Positions 8,996 through 18,533 of a DNA stretch of 64,000 nucleotides are shown here, piece by piece. The stretch's first letter is position 1. Every line of letters starts with the position of its first letter. The stretch is from Candidatus Parcubacteria bacterium (GTDB lineage: Bacteria; Patescibacteriota; Minisyncoccia; Phycocordibacterales; UBA5272): the NCBI GenBank assembly GCA_039796775.1, contig JBDKJD010000002.1:12574-76573 (forward strand), given 5' to 3'. A program made the position numbers and the translations under genes. The notes under the pieces were generated by a model, which worked only from the letters and a program-made list of their open reading frames with translations, ran no database searches and had not been told where the DNA came from.

Positions 8996-9730
8996 CTAGT
9001 CCTCAACTTGCTCTCTGTAAGGGTCAACATTATATGCTTTTGGAGCAACACTGTAGGTTGCCGGTTTTAATGTTGGAGTGACGGCATCCTTACCCTTCTC
9101 TCCAAACATGAAATTCTTAAGAGCCAAGTTTGACCTGAGTGTGTTATCATCCTCAACCTTTTTTATTGAAGAAATTTGATCTTGTATTAATTTGAGTCTC
9201 GCGTGTATTTCTGCGTCATCAGGGATTGAGCCGATGACTTGCAATTGCTCCATTAATTGAGAGCGGCTACCAGGCTTTATGATCGTTGTTTTTTTGGAGG
9301 GGTCAGATTGAGGTTTATTCAAACCGGACTCTCTTTTGGTGGTGTCCATTATTTCTTTTCGCAACTCTTCTTTTGAACGGACACCATCATATTCTAATGT
9401 TTTAACTTCTTCTTGATCTTCAAGAACAGCTTTTCTCGCCTCTTGAAATATTGAAGCATTTAAGTCTGTTGCTATGAGGTTGGCATCCTTTTCATCAACT
9501 CCTGCCAAGTCAATGAGTGCCTGTACTACATCCTTTGGTTCTATAGCACCAAGCAATGTGAAAGCAATCACTGTCGAGAGACCACTTTGTGATGATACAG
9601 GAATAGAATAATTATGAGAGAGAGTGAGAACTGCTTGGTCAACAGAAGGACCATCTAATAATGTGAGAATCACTTCAGGCGCTTTCTCTACATAGCTCTC
9701 TATATCAATTGAAGCATAGTCAATACTCAT
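8996..9730 (-). CDS. hypothetical protein (T4SS operon)
   Basis: 244-aa ORF in the operon with no recognisable motif. Confidence 0.45.
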   Translation of the reverse strand: MSIDYASIDIESYVEKAPEVILTLLDGPSVDQAVLTLSHNYSIPVSSQSGLSTVIAFTLLGAIEPKDVVQALIDLAGVDEKDANLIATDLNASIFQEARKAVLEDQEEVKTLEYDGVRSKEELRKEIMDTTKRESGLNKPQSDPSKKTTIIKPGSRSQLMEQLQVIGSIPDDAEIHARLKLIQDQISSIKKVEDDNTLRSNLALKNFMFGEKGKDAVTPTLKPATYSVAPKAYNVDPYREQVED

Positions 9731-9749
9731 GATAAGTAAGTGTACATCA

Positions 9750-12293
9750 TTATACCGTTACTGCCGCACCCCCTGCTTGTGGAGTGACAGGTGTTGGAGA
9801 TGTGGTGGTTGGTGTTGGAGCAGCCGGAGGAGTCCCTTTGCTACTGTTTTGAGCTTTGTCGATCGCTTGATGTGCAGTACGGATGGCGTCAGTATATTCA
9901 TTTATTTTTTTAAGAACTCGATCTCTATTAACTCTAGCATTCGCCTCACCTTTGGTTTTTAGACTTAGTCCACCATTAAGTCTTGCACTTGCTTCTCTGT
10001 CAGTTTCCAGACGAAGGTTTGATGGTTTTTGTGTCGGAGCTGTCTCTGTATTTGCGGTTGTTGGTGACAAGAAAGGATCCGTACCTTTTCTCAGATATGC
10101 AGGGACATTAGTACGATTACCCTCCCAAGCGGTGTTGGTATTGTCAGGGATTTCAAAATCTAGTGTAGATGCAGATTTTGTTGTTGGTTGTGAAGGTTCT
10201 CCTTTAAGTCTCTTCTGTACAGCCTCAAGTTCTTTTTCTTCTAATGAAATCAGGAGCGCTTCTTGTTGCTTTTCTCGCTCTGTCTTGTCTTTTACTAGAT
10301 TTTCTATACGCTTATGTTTTTCTACAAACAACTCAACTCTTTTATTAAATTCTAACTCTCTATCTTTTTGATCACTTTCAATCTCTCGAAGAGTCATTAA
10401 GAGTGATTGACCGATGTCGCCACGAAGATCAGGGTCTGTTTTTTTGGCTTTCGCTAAATCGTTGTTTAATTCAGTGACGAACTCATTTCTCTCCGCATCG
10501 GATTTTAGCCTCTTATAATTCGCTATTTCTGATTGAGCTAATTCTTTGGCTTTAGCTATTGCTTTAGCGCTCGCTTCATCTGCTTGTGTCCCAAGAGCTT
10601 CCCGTAGCTTCTCCTTCTCTTCTTTTGGTAAGAATTTAGCAGTGCCAACATTTGATATAAATCTCGCTTGTGCTCTCTCTGCGTCTTCATTAACATCCCC
10701 TGCCTTATGAAGCATCTCTCCAGTTTTTGGATCTCTGACATCTCTCTCATAGCGAGTCTTGATTCTCGCTCCTTTGTCTAGAATTTCTTTTCTCCTATTT
10801 TCCATCGCTTGTTCATACCCTATAGTGCTACCTTTTCCTAAGTCTTTAAAACCAGCTTTTGATAATGTGTTAGTTAAGCGATCAGAGTTTCTCAAATCAA
10901 AAGAACTTTTGGATAATGAGTCAGCGAATGAGTGCACTTTCTCCCCTACGAATGTTCCACGATTTCTCTGTATCCAACCCCCTTCTTTATCTTTGAGACG
11001 GGACGCTAATCCACCAATCCCTTTTCTTGCTAACATGCCAGTTCCAGCTAGAGCTCCGCCCAAGGCAAAGCCTCCCACTTTGCCTACAGCTTCAGTTACA
11101 GTCTCACCTATTGCTCCAGAGAATGACTTGGCTATTTTGAATGTGAAATGAAGAGCTACAACCATAACAAGTACACTGAAGAATTGTAGAGTAGCCGGAG
11201 CCGCCCCCCCTCCTTGCATACCTGGCGCGGTTTTTGATATTGCTCCGAATACAGTGATGAATTGTAATGTGAGCGCAAGTAATCCGATAAGCACAGGAGC
11301 AAATGCCAATTGATCAAAGAAGACTTTTCTAATAAATTTGGCCCTGTCCCCAAGCATTGGCAAGATACTATCAATAAAAAGTATAGGAGAAATAACCAAT
11401 ATGCCCACAAGAGAAATAGTTCTCGCAATAACCAGAAACGAAGCATAAAAAAGTACATATGCAGCATAGAAAACAAACACAACTACAAGAAGTGCGGCTG
11501 GGGTGCTGTTGATTGATTTAACGAGATTACTTGAAGTGTTTGAGACAGTGTCGCTCCCTGTTTGGGTGGCAGCAAGAGCTAATTCTTGTAACCCAAGCTT
11601 ATTCATAATAATTGATCCCGGAGTATTGGTACTAGAACCATTTAATGTTTCGCTGCCAAATGTAGCAGTATAGAGATTGAGACTCACCACATTTGACACA
11701 TCAATCACTACTCTCACAGCAGGATAAGAGAAGTTAACAAAGAGTGCGAAGATAATAACCCAAGGTACATATCTGGCAAACTTTTCTTCTTTCCCCAATA
11801 TATACATAAAACCAAGATAAAGTCCTATAAATACAACAAGAAGAGAAATAACTTGTCTCACAAATACCCACAAAGGATACAACGTTTCTGCCTCCCACAT
11901 TTTAAAATTAAGTATCCCTATACTTATAGAATAATTAAACAAGTTCGCTGCAAGCCACAAGAATATCCCGGCGAAGTTAAGGAATACTGTTTTGATGAGC
12001 CAGGCAATGATGGTGTCAATACAAGAAAGAAGATTTCCTTTACTAAAAAGGTTACATTTTGAAGGATTGAGTTGCTCCTCGGTTAACTGGTCTGACTTTA
12101 TAATATCATTAACCTCTTCAAATCCTTCAAATCCAGTACTGATGGCAACCCTTGTTTCGTCTAAAAGTGGATTGGTTGCTACTGGTGTACTTGAAGTAGC
12201 TTGTGCAAAGGAATATACAGGAGACAAGAAAAAAGCTATCAAAAAAAGCAGAGATAAGAACCTTTTCATGATAGTAAGTGTATCATATGACAT
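9750..12293 (-). CDS. VirB6/TrbL-like polytopic membrane protein with a long C-terminal coiled-coil and Pro/Thr-rich tail
   Basis: Signal-peptide-like N-terminus and at least 7 TM helices in the first 430 aa, in a VirB6-like arrangement. The C-terminal 400 aa are charged, K/E-rich coiled coil. Confidence 0.55.
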   Translation of the reverse strand: MSYDTLTIMKRFLSLLFLIAFFLSPVYSFAQATSSTPVATNPLLDETRVAISTGFEGFEEVNDIIKSDQLTEEQLNPSKCNLFSKGNLLSCIDTIIAWLIKTVFLNFAGIFLWLAANLFNYSISIGILNFKMWEAETLYPLWVFVRQVISLLVVFIGLYLGFMYILGKEEKFARYVPWVIIFALFVNFSYPAVRVVIDVSNVVSLNLYTATFGSETLNGSSTNTPGSIIMNKLGLQELALAATQTGSDTVSNTSSNLVKSINSTPAALLVVVFVFYAAYVLFYASFLVIARTISLVGILVISPILFIDSILPMLGDRAKFIRKVFFDQLAFAPVLIGLLALTLQFITVFGAISKTAPGMQGGGAAPATLQFFSVLVMVVALHFTFKIAKSFSGAIGETVTEAVGKVGGFALGGALAGTGMLARKGIGGLASRLKDKEGGWIQRNRGTFVGEKVHSFADSLSKSSFDLRNSDRLTNTLSKAGFKDLGKGSTIGYEQAMENRRKEILDKGARIKTRYERDVRDPKTGEMLHKAGDVNEDAERAQARFISNVGTAKFLPKEEKEKLREALGTQADEASAKAIAKAKELAQSEIANYKRLKSDAERNEFVTELNNDLAKAKKTDPDLRGDIGQSLLMTLREIESDQKDRELEFNKRVELFVEKHKRIENLVKDKTEREKQQEALLISLEEKELEAVQKRLKGEPSQPTTKSASTLDFEIPDNTNTAWEGNRTNVPAYLRKGTDPFLSPTTANTETAPTQKPSNLRLETDREASARLNGGLSLKTKGEANARVNRDRVLKKINEYTDAIRTAHQAIDKAQNSSKGTPPAAPTPTTTSPTPVTPQAGGAAVTV

Positions 12294-12422
12294 CTCGGTA
12301 CTATAGAGAATATATCAAAGGTTTTGACACTGTTTGTGTACACAGAAACACCCAATTAAGTTATTTTGATCGAGGGGCACACCCCACCCTTCTACTCAAT
12401 ACTTTTATCTACCGCCGTTTCC

Positions 12423-14078
12423 TTAAAAATTACTATTATTAGACACTGACGTTGCTTCTATGTTTCGACACACTTCTAAAAATGCAGCATCTTCTGTGTC
12501 TTCCTTGGCATTACCTCTATCTTCATTAAGTTTCACTTTACGGCTCGCTACAATTCCTTGAGTAGGCAATTCCCCTACTTCATAAATATTAGTATATTCT
12601 GAGAATAGTCTATCTATTTCTCTTGAAGAATTAGATTGTTCTATTTTGGATCTAGTGTCTGATATAAGGGTGAGTGCGTCGTTTGCTCGAGCTCTCTCGC
12701 TGGCTGCGTCAGATCTTCTGTTGTCTAGCTGAGACTTTCTGTTATTATAATAACTCATTGCTTGAGAATATCTCCCATCTCCTCTTGTTATATAATTATT
12801 ATTAACTAATGAGTTATAACAGGTTCTGACATTTTCTATTCTGTTACTATAGAGATTAACTTCTATGTCATAATCAGTGAGAGTTTCCAGAAGCTCTTCC
12901 GCGTCCTTTTTGTCATAGTTAAACTTCTTGATTATTGGTTGAAGGAGAGCTTTCTTTCTCTCTACATCACTTGCCAAGTCTTGCTCATCTGGAATGATAT
13001 TATTTGTTGTAACAGTGCTCACCCCTGAGTTATTAGATGAAGAGAAAACTTCATTGATTCCTTTTGTTAAAAATCCAGAAATCATACTACCGAACAGAGA
13101 GCTAAGTGACCCGGCTTCATCTATATTCTGCAGTCTCGCAAAAGGCGAAGTGAGCGCTTCGCTGAGTGCCGCTTGTACGCTCTCGCTCGGATTAATTATA
13201 ACTTCCTTTGTACAAAAGGAATTACCTGCTACGTCTTCTTCAAATGCTAAACACTTAGTTTCACTTTTAGCATTCAAACCAAAATAAATATCACTCCTCT
13301 TCTCGTCTACTTTTTTATCAACCTGTTCTGCGGCGATTTGCTGTACTTTTAATGTCTTAGTGAATTGATTCTCACCGCTTATTATGGCGAGCCACCCATC
13401 ATCCCCTGTTAGATCAGGTCGCTGACTAGCCAAATCAAAGAGTTTTTTGTTAACGCTCGGATTGTTAATATCCCCAGTACAGATATAATTGTAGAGAGCC
13501 TGTTTTTCCCTATGAAGATCGTCCGCTGTATAGTTAACACCAAGTCTTTCTATTGAAAGTCTGGTCAAGGCTCTGTCATTACAATTATTCTCTCTCACTA
13601 TCTTCGGTAGACTAGATGCAAGAGCTTGATTGATCTCATTTTGAGTACTTGATACTTTGTATTGTGAAGTGAGTGAATTAAACACAGAAGCAGCAAATGG
13701 AGAGTTTTCTGGAATTAAATTAATGATTTTCCTGGCCTCGTTTAATTCTACATCTTTTAGATATTCTGTTGGGTCAGCAACAATGAGAGAAGACCCACCT
13801 TCAAACCCCCCGTTAACCCATGAGAGTACGGTATCTATCTGGGTTTGTAAATTGTTCGTGATGAGACCGCTTGCTATTGGGTCTAATACTGTATTTTTGA
13901 CAGCGTCAAGATTAGTTGAAAATGCTGTTGCCCCAGAGCTCACATTAATTGGTATAAGAAGTCCATTATTTAACTTTTGTGTTATCTCTGTCGCTCCTAT
14001 GACTCCTCCCCCTCCAGCACTCACAGAAGAAACGATCGCGACACATAAGCACGCTGTAATAGATAGATATTTGAGCAT
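12423..14078 (-). CDS. secreted hypothetical protein (signal peptide; Ser/Asn-rich)
   Basis: N-terminus MLKYLSITACLCVAIVSSVSAGGGG. No motif recognised. Confidence 0.55.
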   Translation of the reverse strand: MLKYLSITACLCVAIVSSVSAGGGGVIGATEITQKLNNGLLIPINVSSGATAFSTNLDAVKNTVLDPIASGLITNNLQTQIDTVLSWVNGGFEGGSSLIVADPTEYLKDVELNEARKIINLIPENSPFAASVFNSLTSQYKVSSTQNEINQALASSLPKIVRENNCNDRALTRLSIERLGVNYTADDLHREKQALYNYICTGDINNPSVNKKLFDLASQRPDLTGDDGWLAIISGENQFTKTLKVQQIAAEQVDKKVDEKRSDIYFGLNAKSETKCLAFEEDVAGNSFCTKEVIINPSESVQAALSEALTSPFARLQNIDEAGSLSSLFGSMISGFLTKGINEVFSSSNNSGVSTVTTNNIIPDEQDLASDVERKKALLQPIIKKFNYDKKDAEELLETLTDYDIEVNLYSNRIENVRTCYNSLVNNNYITRGDGRYSQAMSYYNNRKSQLDNRRSDAASERARANDALTLISDTRSKIEQSNSSREIDRLFSEYTNIYEVGELPTQGIVASRKVKLNEDRGNAKEDTEDAAFLEVCRNIEATSVSNNSNF

Positions 14079-14099
14079 ATGGTAATAGTATACCCTTTT

Positions 14100-15008
14100 T
14101 TATTCAAACAAAAGAACCCCTTTTTCTTTTTTTGTGAATATGACACCTTCAACTTCAAAGTATGAACGAAGCATTAGAAAGCTTGTCGAGATATTTTTGA
14201 CAGAAACGACATATTCGTCAAACAAAAATACAGAAGGGAGGGAGTCCTTATTCAATATAGAAAGCGCGTACAGAGAAGCAACATAGGTGCTTGTAGTGTT
14301 AACAAGCGATGTATGATGAATGAGAGCGTCTTCTGGTACTTTGATGCGCACGAGGTCGTTGAGTAACTTTCTAGCAATCTTTTCTTTTTCCCCGAATACT
14401 GTTAATTCAGAATCTTTTTTGGTCTTTTGCCAGCGTTCGATGACTTTTATATCGTCGACATGAAGATTGTTAGCGATAGCTTGTTCTAATATCACCCCAA
14501 GAGCATTGCCATATACTTTTCTATCGTCTTCGGTTGGGTTCTTGATAACAGCGAAGTCGTTAATAGAATATACTTTTGGTGAGAATTTCCCCTCCTCTTT
14601 ATCTAAAAGATTTTTGAGCATCAACCGCTTTTCTTCTTCTGAGATATTTGGTTTGGAGGAGAGGTAAGCACTCAAGAGAGCGATATTTTTGGAGAGTGAG
14701 GCTGTGGTGTTGTTCGGATCTTTTAATGACGCTTCGATACGATCACGCTCTTCTTTGCTTAAAGAGAGAAGGGAAGAGGTGGACACTTGAGATGCGATAG
14801 AGTCCTTCCAATCCTCGTTTTTGTTATTATCAGCATCTTTTAAAAGATACAAAAATTCAGAACTGTCACGTAATATAATAGGATTCTTAGTAATCACAGT
14901 GTCAACCTTTTTGTTATCCCAAAGAAAAGAGTTGAGTAAGAGAAGTACAAGAATGAGAATCATAACAAACACAACACCGGTTTGTTTTTTGGTATAGGAA
15001 GTTTCCAT
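14100..15008 (-). CDS. membrane-anchored hypothetical protein
   Basis: Single N-terminal TM (VVFVMILILVLLLLNSFLW). Confidence 0.5.
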   Translation of the reverse strand: METSYTKKQTGVVFVMILILVLLLLNSFLWDNKKVDTVITKNPIILRDSSEFLYLLKDADNNKNEDWKDSIASQVSTSSLLSLSKEERDRIEASLKDPNNTTASLSKNIALLSAYLSSKPNISEEEKRLMLKNLLDKEEGKFSPKVYSINDFAVIKNPTEDDRKVYGNALGVILEQAIANNLHVDDIKVIERWQKTKKDSELTVFGEKEKIARKLLNDLVRIKVPEDALIHHTSLVNTTSTYVASLYALSILNKDSLPSVFLFDEYVVSVKNISTSFLMLRSYFEVEGVIFTKKEKGVLLFE

Positions 15009-15051
15009 TGTTGTAGTATAAAAAAATGAAACGTATTAACCTAGGGACAAG

Positions 15052-16413
15052 TCATGGAATAAATACATACCCTCTCTCGCCAGGCTGCCATGTCCGCAAC
15101 ACTTCTCCCCTGCCAGAAATGAGATACGATGGGGCGCCGTTTTTGCTACTAAGTATTGGTGCACGTAGTTGAGCTGCGCCTATTTTTGTGAAGAGATACA
15201 TCTGTGCCATAAATGTTGGATTATGATGAAACACTTCAAGTCTTGATTGATAGACTACAAGATTAGGTGCTTCTTTTCTAAGATCAGCGACAGTTCTATA
15301 TGACACCATTTCAGAGCAGATAAGTGTTGCGACACGTATATCATCGATAAGTGTGGTCTTCTCACTATCTCTTCGTCCATAGGTGTGATTCTTGATATAA
15401 GTTTTATATGATTCATTTTGAGGTGCAAAGTATGTGAAGGGTGCATGTAATACAAGAGGGATATATTCATTAAACGCCATCAAAAAAGTCTTTGGACGAA
15501 ATAACTGTTTTTCATTATTCGGTACAAGGAATCTACTCACATTGATTAACTGATTTTCGTCATAGAGAGTGTCTCCATCTATAATCGCAGTAGAAGGCAG
15601 CCTCTTTCTTAACATAGATAGTTCCTTGTCATTTAACGAAGCGAGAAGTCTTGTATCTTCAGGAAGCGCAACCAAGAATGTCGAAGTGGCAAGTGTGAGT
15701 GTTGTGGCGTAGATATCTTCTCTTACCTTATCTACAAAAGGAGTGTCCTCCTCTTTTGTATGAATGTTGGTGGTGATCATAAAAGCCTCACGCTTGACGT
15801 GTTGCATCGGTGGTACGTTGTGAACATAAAGAAAGAACAACAAAATAAAAAATCCGTAACACACAGTAACTTTTTTGTTTTGCGTGAGGATTGATGTGAT
15901 TAGTATTGTTCCTACAAAACTAAGCATAAAAGGTCCTCCATAATATGCGAGCTCAACCAAAGGTGTTATCGCTAAAGCGTGCCCTATCATCCCTGTGGTG
16001 AAATGAAGGTCTATGGTATTTTCTTGTGTGTAATATAGTGTTGAAATAAAGAGCGCTCGCAATCCTTCCGCAAGGACAATGAGTATTCCATAATAGAGTG
16101 GCAAAAACTCTCTGCAGACTCTCTCCCTTTTATACAAAAGTGCGACGATAGCAAAACTAAGTCCACATACAATCGAAAGAATAAGCCATAACAAGGATAT
16201 GCCGATAATTTGTACATATCCTTCACGTAACCAAGCGAGAGGATATGTTGCGAAGAGCCAAAGAAATGTAAAAGCATTATAGACGAAACCAAACAAAAAA
16301 AATCGAAGAACAATAGTCTTTTTTGCTTGTTCTTTATATGTTGTGAGTATGAGGAGTGAGAGTAATGTGACACTTACAATCACATAGAGAGCAATCGTGA
16401 GAGATGTAACCAT
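15052..16413 (-). CDS. lnt: apolipoprotein N-acyltransferase-like (CN-hydrolase) membrane protein
   Basis: N-terminal polytopic domain plus a C-terminal CN-hydrolase with the catalytic triad context LVALPED (E), RPKTFLMAFNEYIP (K) and LICSEMV (C), matching Lnt. Confidence 0.65.
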   Translation of the reverse strand: MVTSLTIALYVIVSVTLLSLLILTTYKEQAKKTIVLRFFLFGFVYNAFTFLWLFATYPLAWLREGYVQIIGISLLWLILSIVCGLSFAIVALLYKRERVCREFLPLYYGILIVLAEGLRALFISTLYYTQENTIDLHFTTGMIGHALAITPLVELAYYGGPFMLSFVGTILITSILTQNKKVTVCYGFFILLFFLYVHNVPPMQHVKREAFMITTNIHTKEEDTPFVDKVREDIYATTLTLATSTFLVALPEDTRLLASLNDKELSMLRKRLPSTAIIDGDTLYDENQLINVSRFLVPNNEKQLFRPKTFLMAFNEYIPLVLHAPFTYFAPQNESYKTYIKNHTYGRRDSEKTTLIDDIRVATLICSEMVSYRTVADLRKEAPNLVVYQSRLEVFHHNPTFMAQMYLFTKIGAAQLRAPILSSKNGAPSYLISGRGEVLRTWQPGERGYVFIP

Positions 16414-17171
16414 TGAAGAAGTGTAACATCTTCTGCCCTCACCTTTTCATCTAAAGAAATCTCCAAAAATAGTTCGCGTATATTTTTATCTTTAAATGCT
16501 TCTTGTAATTGTTTGAGCATTATCTTTCTTTTCTGTGAGAAGCCAGCATGAATCGCCTTAAAAAATAACTCCTCGTGATAACGGTTGATAAAATTCTTGC
16601 GAGAGATATTTTTTATTTGAAGGACCGCTGAGTCAACTTTTGGTGCTGGGAAGAAGCTTCCAGCAGAAACTTTGTATACAATTTTTGGTTCCCCATAAGC
16701 TTTAACCGAAAGAGAAAGAAGAGATTCTTTACTATCTCTTGCTACGATACGTTCGGCTACCTCTTTTTGAATAAGTATCACCATAAGAGACGGCTGGTCT
16801 ACATATGCCAAGAAGCGAGAGATGATAGCACCCGTGATGTAATACGGTATATTGGCTATCAGCTTATAGCTATTAGTCATTAGTTTTTGGCTTACCGGAT
16901 CAAATGTTAATACGTCGCCTCCAATTAATATGAGCTTCTTTGAAGTAATTTCAGACGGGAATGTTTCAGATAATAATGGAAGTAAATCTCTGTCTTTTTC
17001 GAGCGCTATGACATGCGCACCGGAGTCGAGTAATCCCTTTGTTAGAAAGCCTTTTCCAGGACCTATCTCAAGAACAGTATCGTTGGAAGATAATTCACCA
17101 GAAGCTATGATTGCGTTACGAGCGGGAATTGAAGTGAGGAAGTTTTGTCCGAATTGTTTTTTGGGAATCAT
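16380..17171 (-). CDS. rsmA: 16S rRNA (adenine1518-N6/adenine1519-N6)-dimethyltransferase
   Basis: KKQFGQNFL and VLEIGPGKGFLT motifs of KsgA. The gene overlaps the lnt start by 34 nt. Confidence 0.85.
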   Translation of the reverse strand: MIPKKQFGQNFLTSIPARNAIIASGELSSNDTVLEIGPGKGFLTKGLLDSGAHVIALEKDRDLLPLLSETFPSEITSKKLILIGGDVLTFDPVSQKLMTNSYKLIANIPYYITGAIISRFLAYVDQPSLMVILIQKEVAERIVARDSKESLLSLSVKAYGEPKIVYKVSAGSFFPAPKVDSAVLQIKNISRKNFINRYHEELFFKAIHAGFSQKRKIMLKQLQEAFKDKNIRELFLEISLDEKVRAEDVTLLQWLHLSRLLSM

Positions 17172-17306
17172 ATTGGCAATAGTATTAATTCAGATTAGCA
17201 TAAACATTGACTTTTGTAAAATTTATGATATATTAAACTATAGCTTTTGAGTCACAAAAACTCAATCCATCGTTCATTTCCAACAACATTTACAAAGAGG
17301 TTATAT

Positions 17307-18428
17307 ATGAAATTGTTTAAACGTTCGGCACTCGTCCCCTTCTTTATTCTTCTTGTCATACTTACAGCGTGCAACAAGAAGGAAGAAACAGGTACTAAGC
17401 CAGTAATCACACCCAAAGTTCAAGAGACTCCCTTACCGCAAAAGCCAGCAAAAGAAGAAAAAAAAGATGCAATACGCGGCCATGCTGAGAATTCTCAAGC
17501 TGTTCACGTTGACACTTCTTCTATAGCTGGGCGCAAGCTCGGCGGTCTCTATGCTGACATTACCGGTATATCGGGTGTAGTTGGTAAGGGTTACACTATT
17601 GATTATGGTAAAATTCTTGCAGATCTTTGGATTCGCAAGCTCGACAGGAAGAATGTATCCCCTGCAACCGTAAAAGCTTCGGAAGAACCAATTAGTCTGT
17701 ATCTTGCTGAGCAAAAAAAGATGAACCTCAAACAGTTCATCAAAGAAGCAGAGAAAGAAGTTACGCTTGTTCAAAACAATCTAGACTTTCAATCTGCTTG
17801 TAAGGGGTATAAGCTTTCTGTAGGCGAGTGTGAGATGTTTAAAACGCTTGCGCGTGATGTGCGAGGTGTTGATCTTGTTGCGTATGGTATGACTGAACTC
17901 ATGCCATCCGCCGAAGGTGATCTCAATGTGAAAATCATGGAGATACTCCTTACGAACGCGGGGTCAAATTACCTTTTCACGATTCCAGCTTTGTATGATC
18001 GAATGCTTTCGCTCGGATTCTATCAGTTCACTTCGTATGCGGTGAATAGTGGAACTGGCCAAGGAGCTTCCCGGATGAATGCGTTCCTTAAAAAGGAAGC
18101 AAAAATCCCTGGATCGGTCATCAGGTTACGAAATGGTGAGCATCATCGCGCGGCATATCTTTTTGCGCTCGATAATTTGGCAAACCTTTCAAAGAGAACA
18201 TCAGAGAAAGAGTTCGCTGCGCTTAAGGGAGCTTTGAAGCACAAACCTGGAGATATTGTTACCTTTATAGCAACAGCTCATCATGCACCTAGGCTCGCGC
18301 TCAAGTCTATGAAAAACTGGTTGTCAAAAGGTGGCAAAGGTTCACTTAACGATCATCTGATTGGCAGACTTAAACCGTACGGTAGAAAGTCTGACAACAA
18401 TCTCGCTGCTCTTGAGAAGTTGAGATGA
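17307..18428 (+). CDS. lipoprotein of unknown function (lipobox LTAC)
   Basis: The start is placed at the internal ATG 17307, preceded by AAAGAGG, giving MKLFKRSALVPFFILLVILTAC. The track ORF begins at 17247. GC is moderately elevated. Confidence 0.55.
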   Translation: MKLFKRSALVPFFILLVILTACNKKEETGTKPVITPKVQETPLPQKPAKEEKKDAIRGHAENSQAVHVDTSSIAGRKLGGLYADITGISGVVGKGYTIDYGKILADLWIRKLDRKNVSPATVKASEEPISLYLAEQKKMNLKQFIKEAEKEVTLVQNNLDFQSACKGYKLSVGECEMFKTLARDVRGVDLVAYGMTELMPSAEGDLNVKIMEILLTNAGSNYLFTIPALYDRMLSLGFYQFTSYAVNSGTGQGASRMNAFLKKEAKIPGSVIRLRNGEHHRAAYLFALDNLANLSKRTSEKEFAALKGALKHKPGDIVTFIATAHHAPRLALKSMKNWLSKGGKGSLNDHLIGRLKPYGRKSDNNLAALEKLR

Positions 18429-18452
18429 GATGAGGTGAAATGAACAGTGGAT

Positions 18453-18486
18453 AAAAGCGATACTGTAAGGTATCGCTTTTTCTTGT
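18453..18486. terminator. hairpin AAAAGCGATAC-loop-GTATCGCTTTT plus a T-tract; bidirectional terminator between the lipoprotein gene and uvrD
   Basis: Perfect 11-bp stem read from the sequence. Confidence 0.55.
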
Positions 18487-18533
18487 ACACCTGTCTACAT
18501 TCTATATTCTTTATTCTACACTCTGTATCTCTG

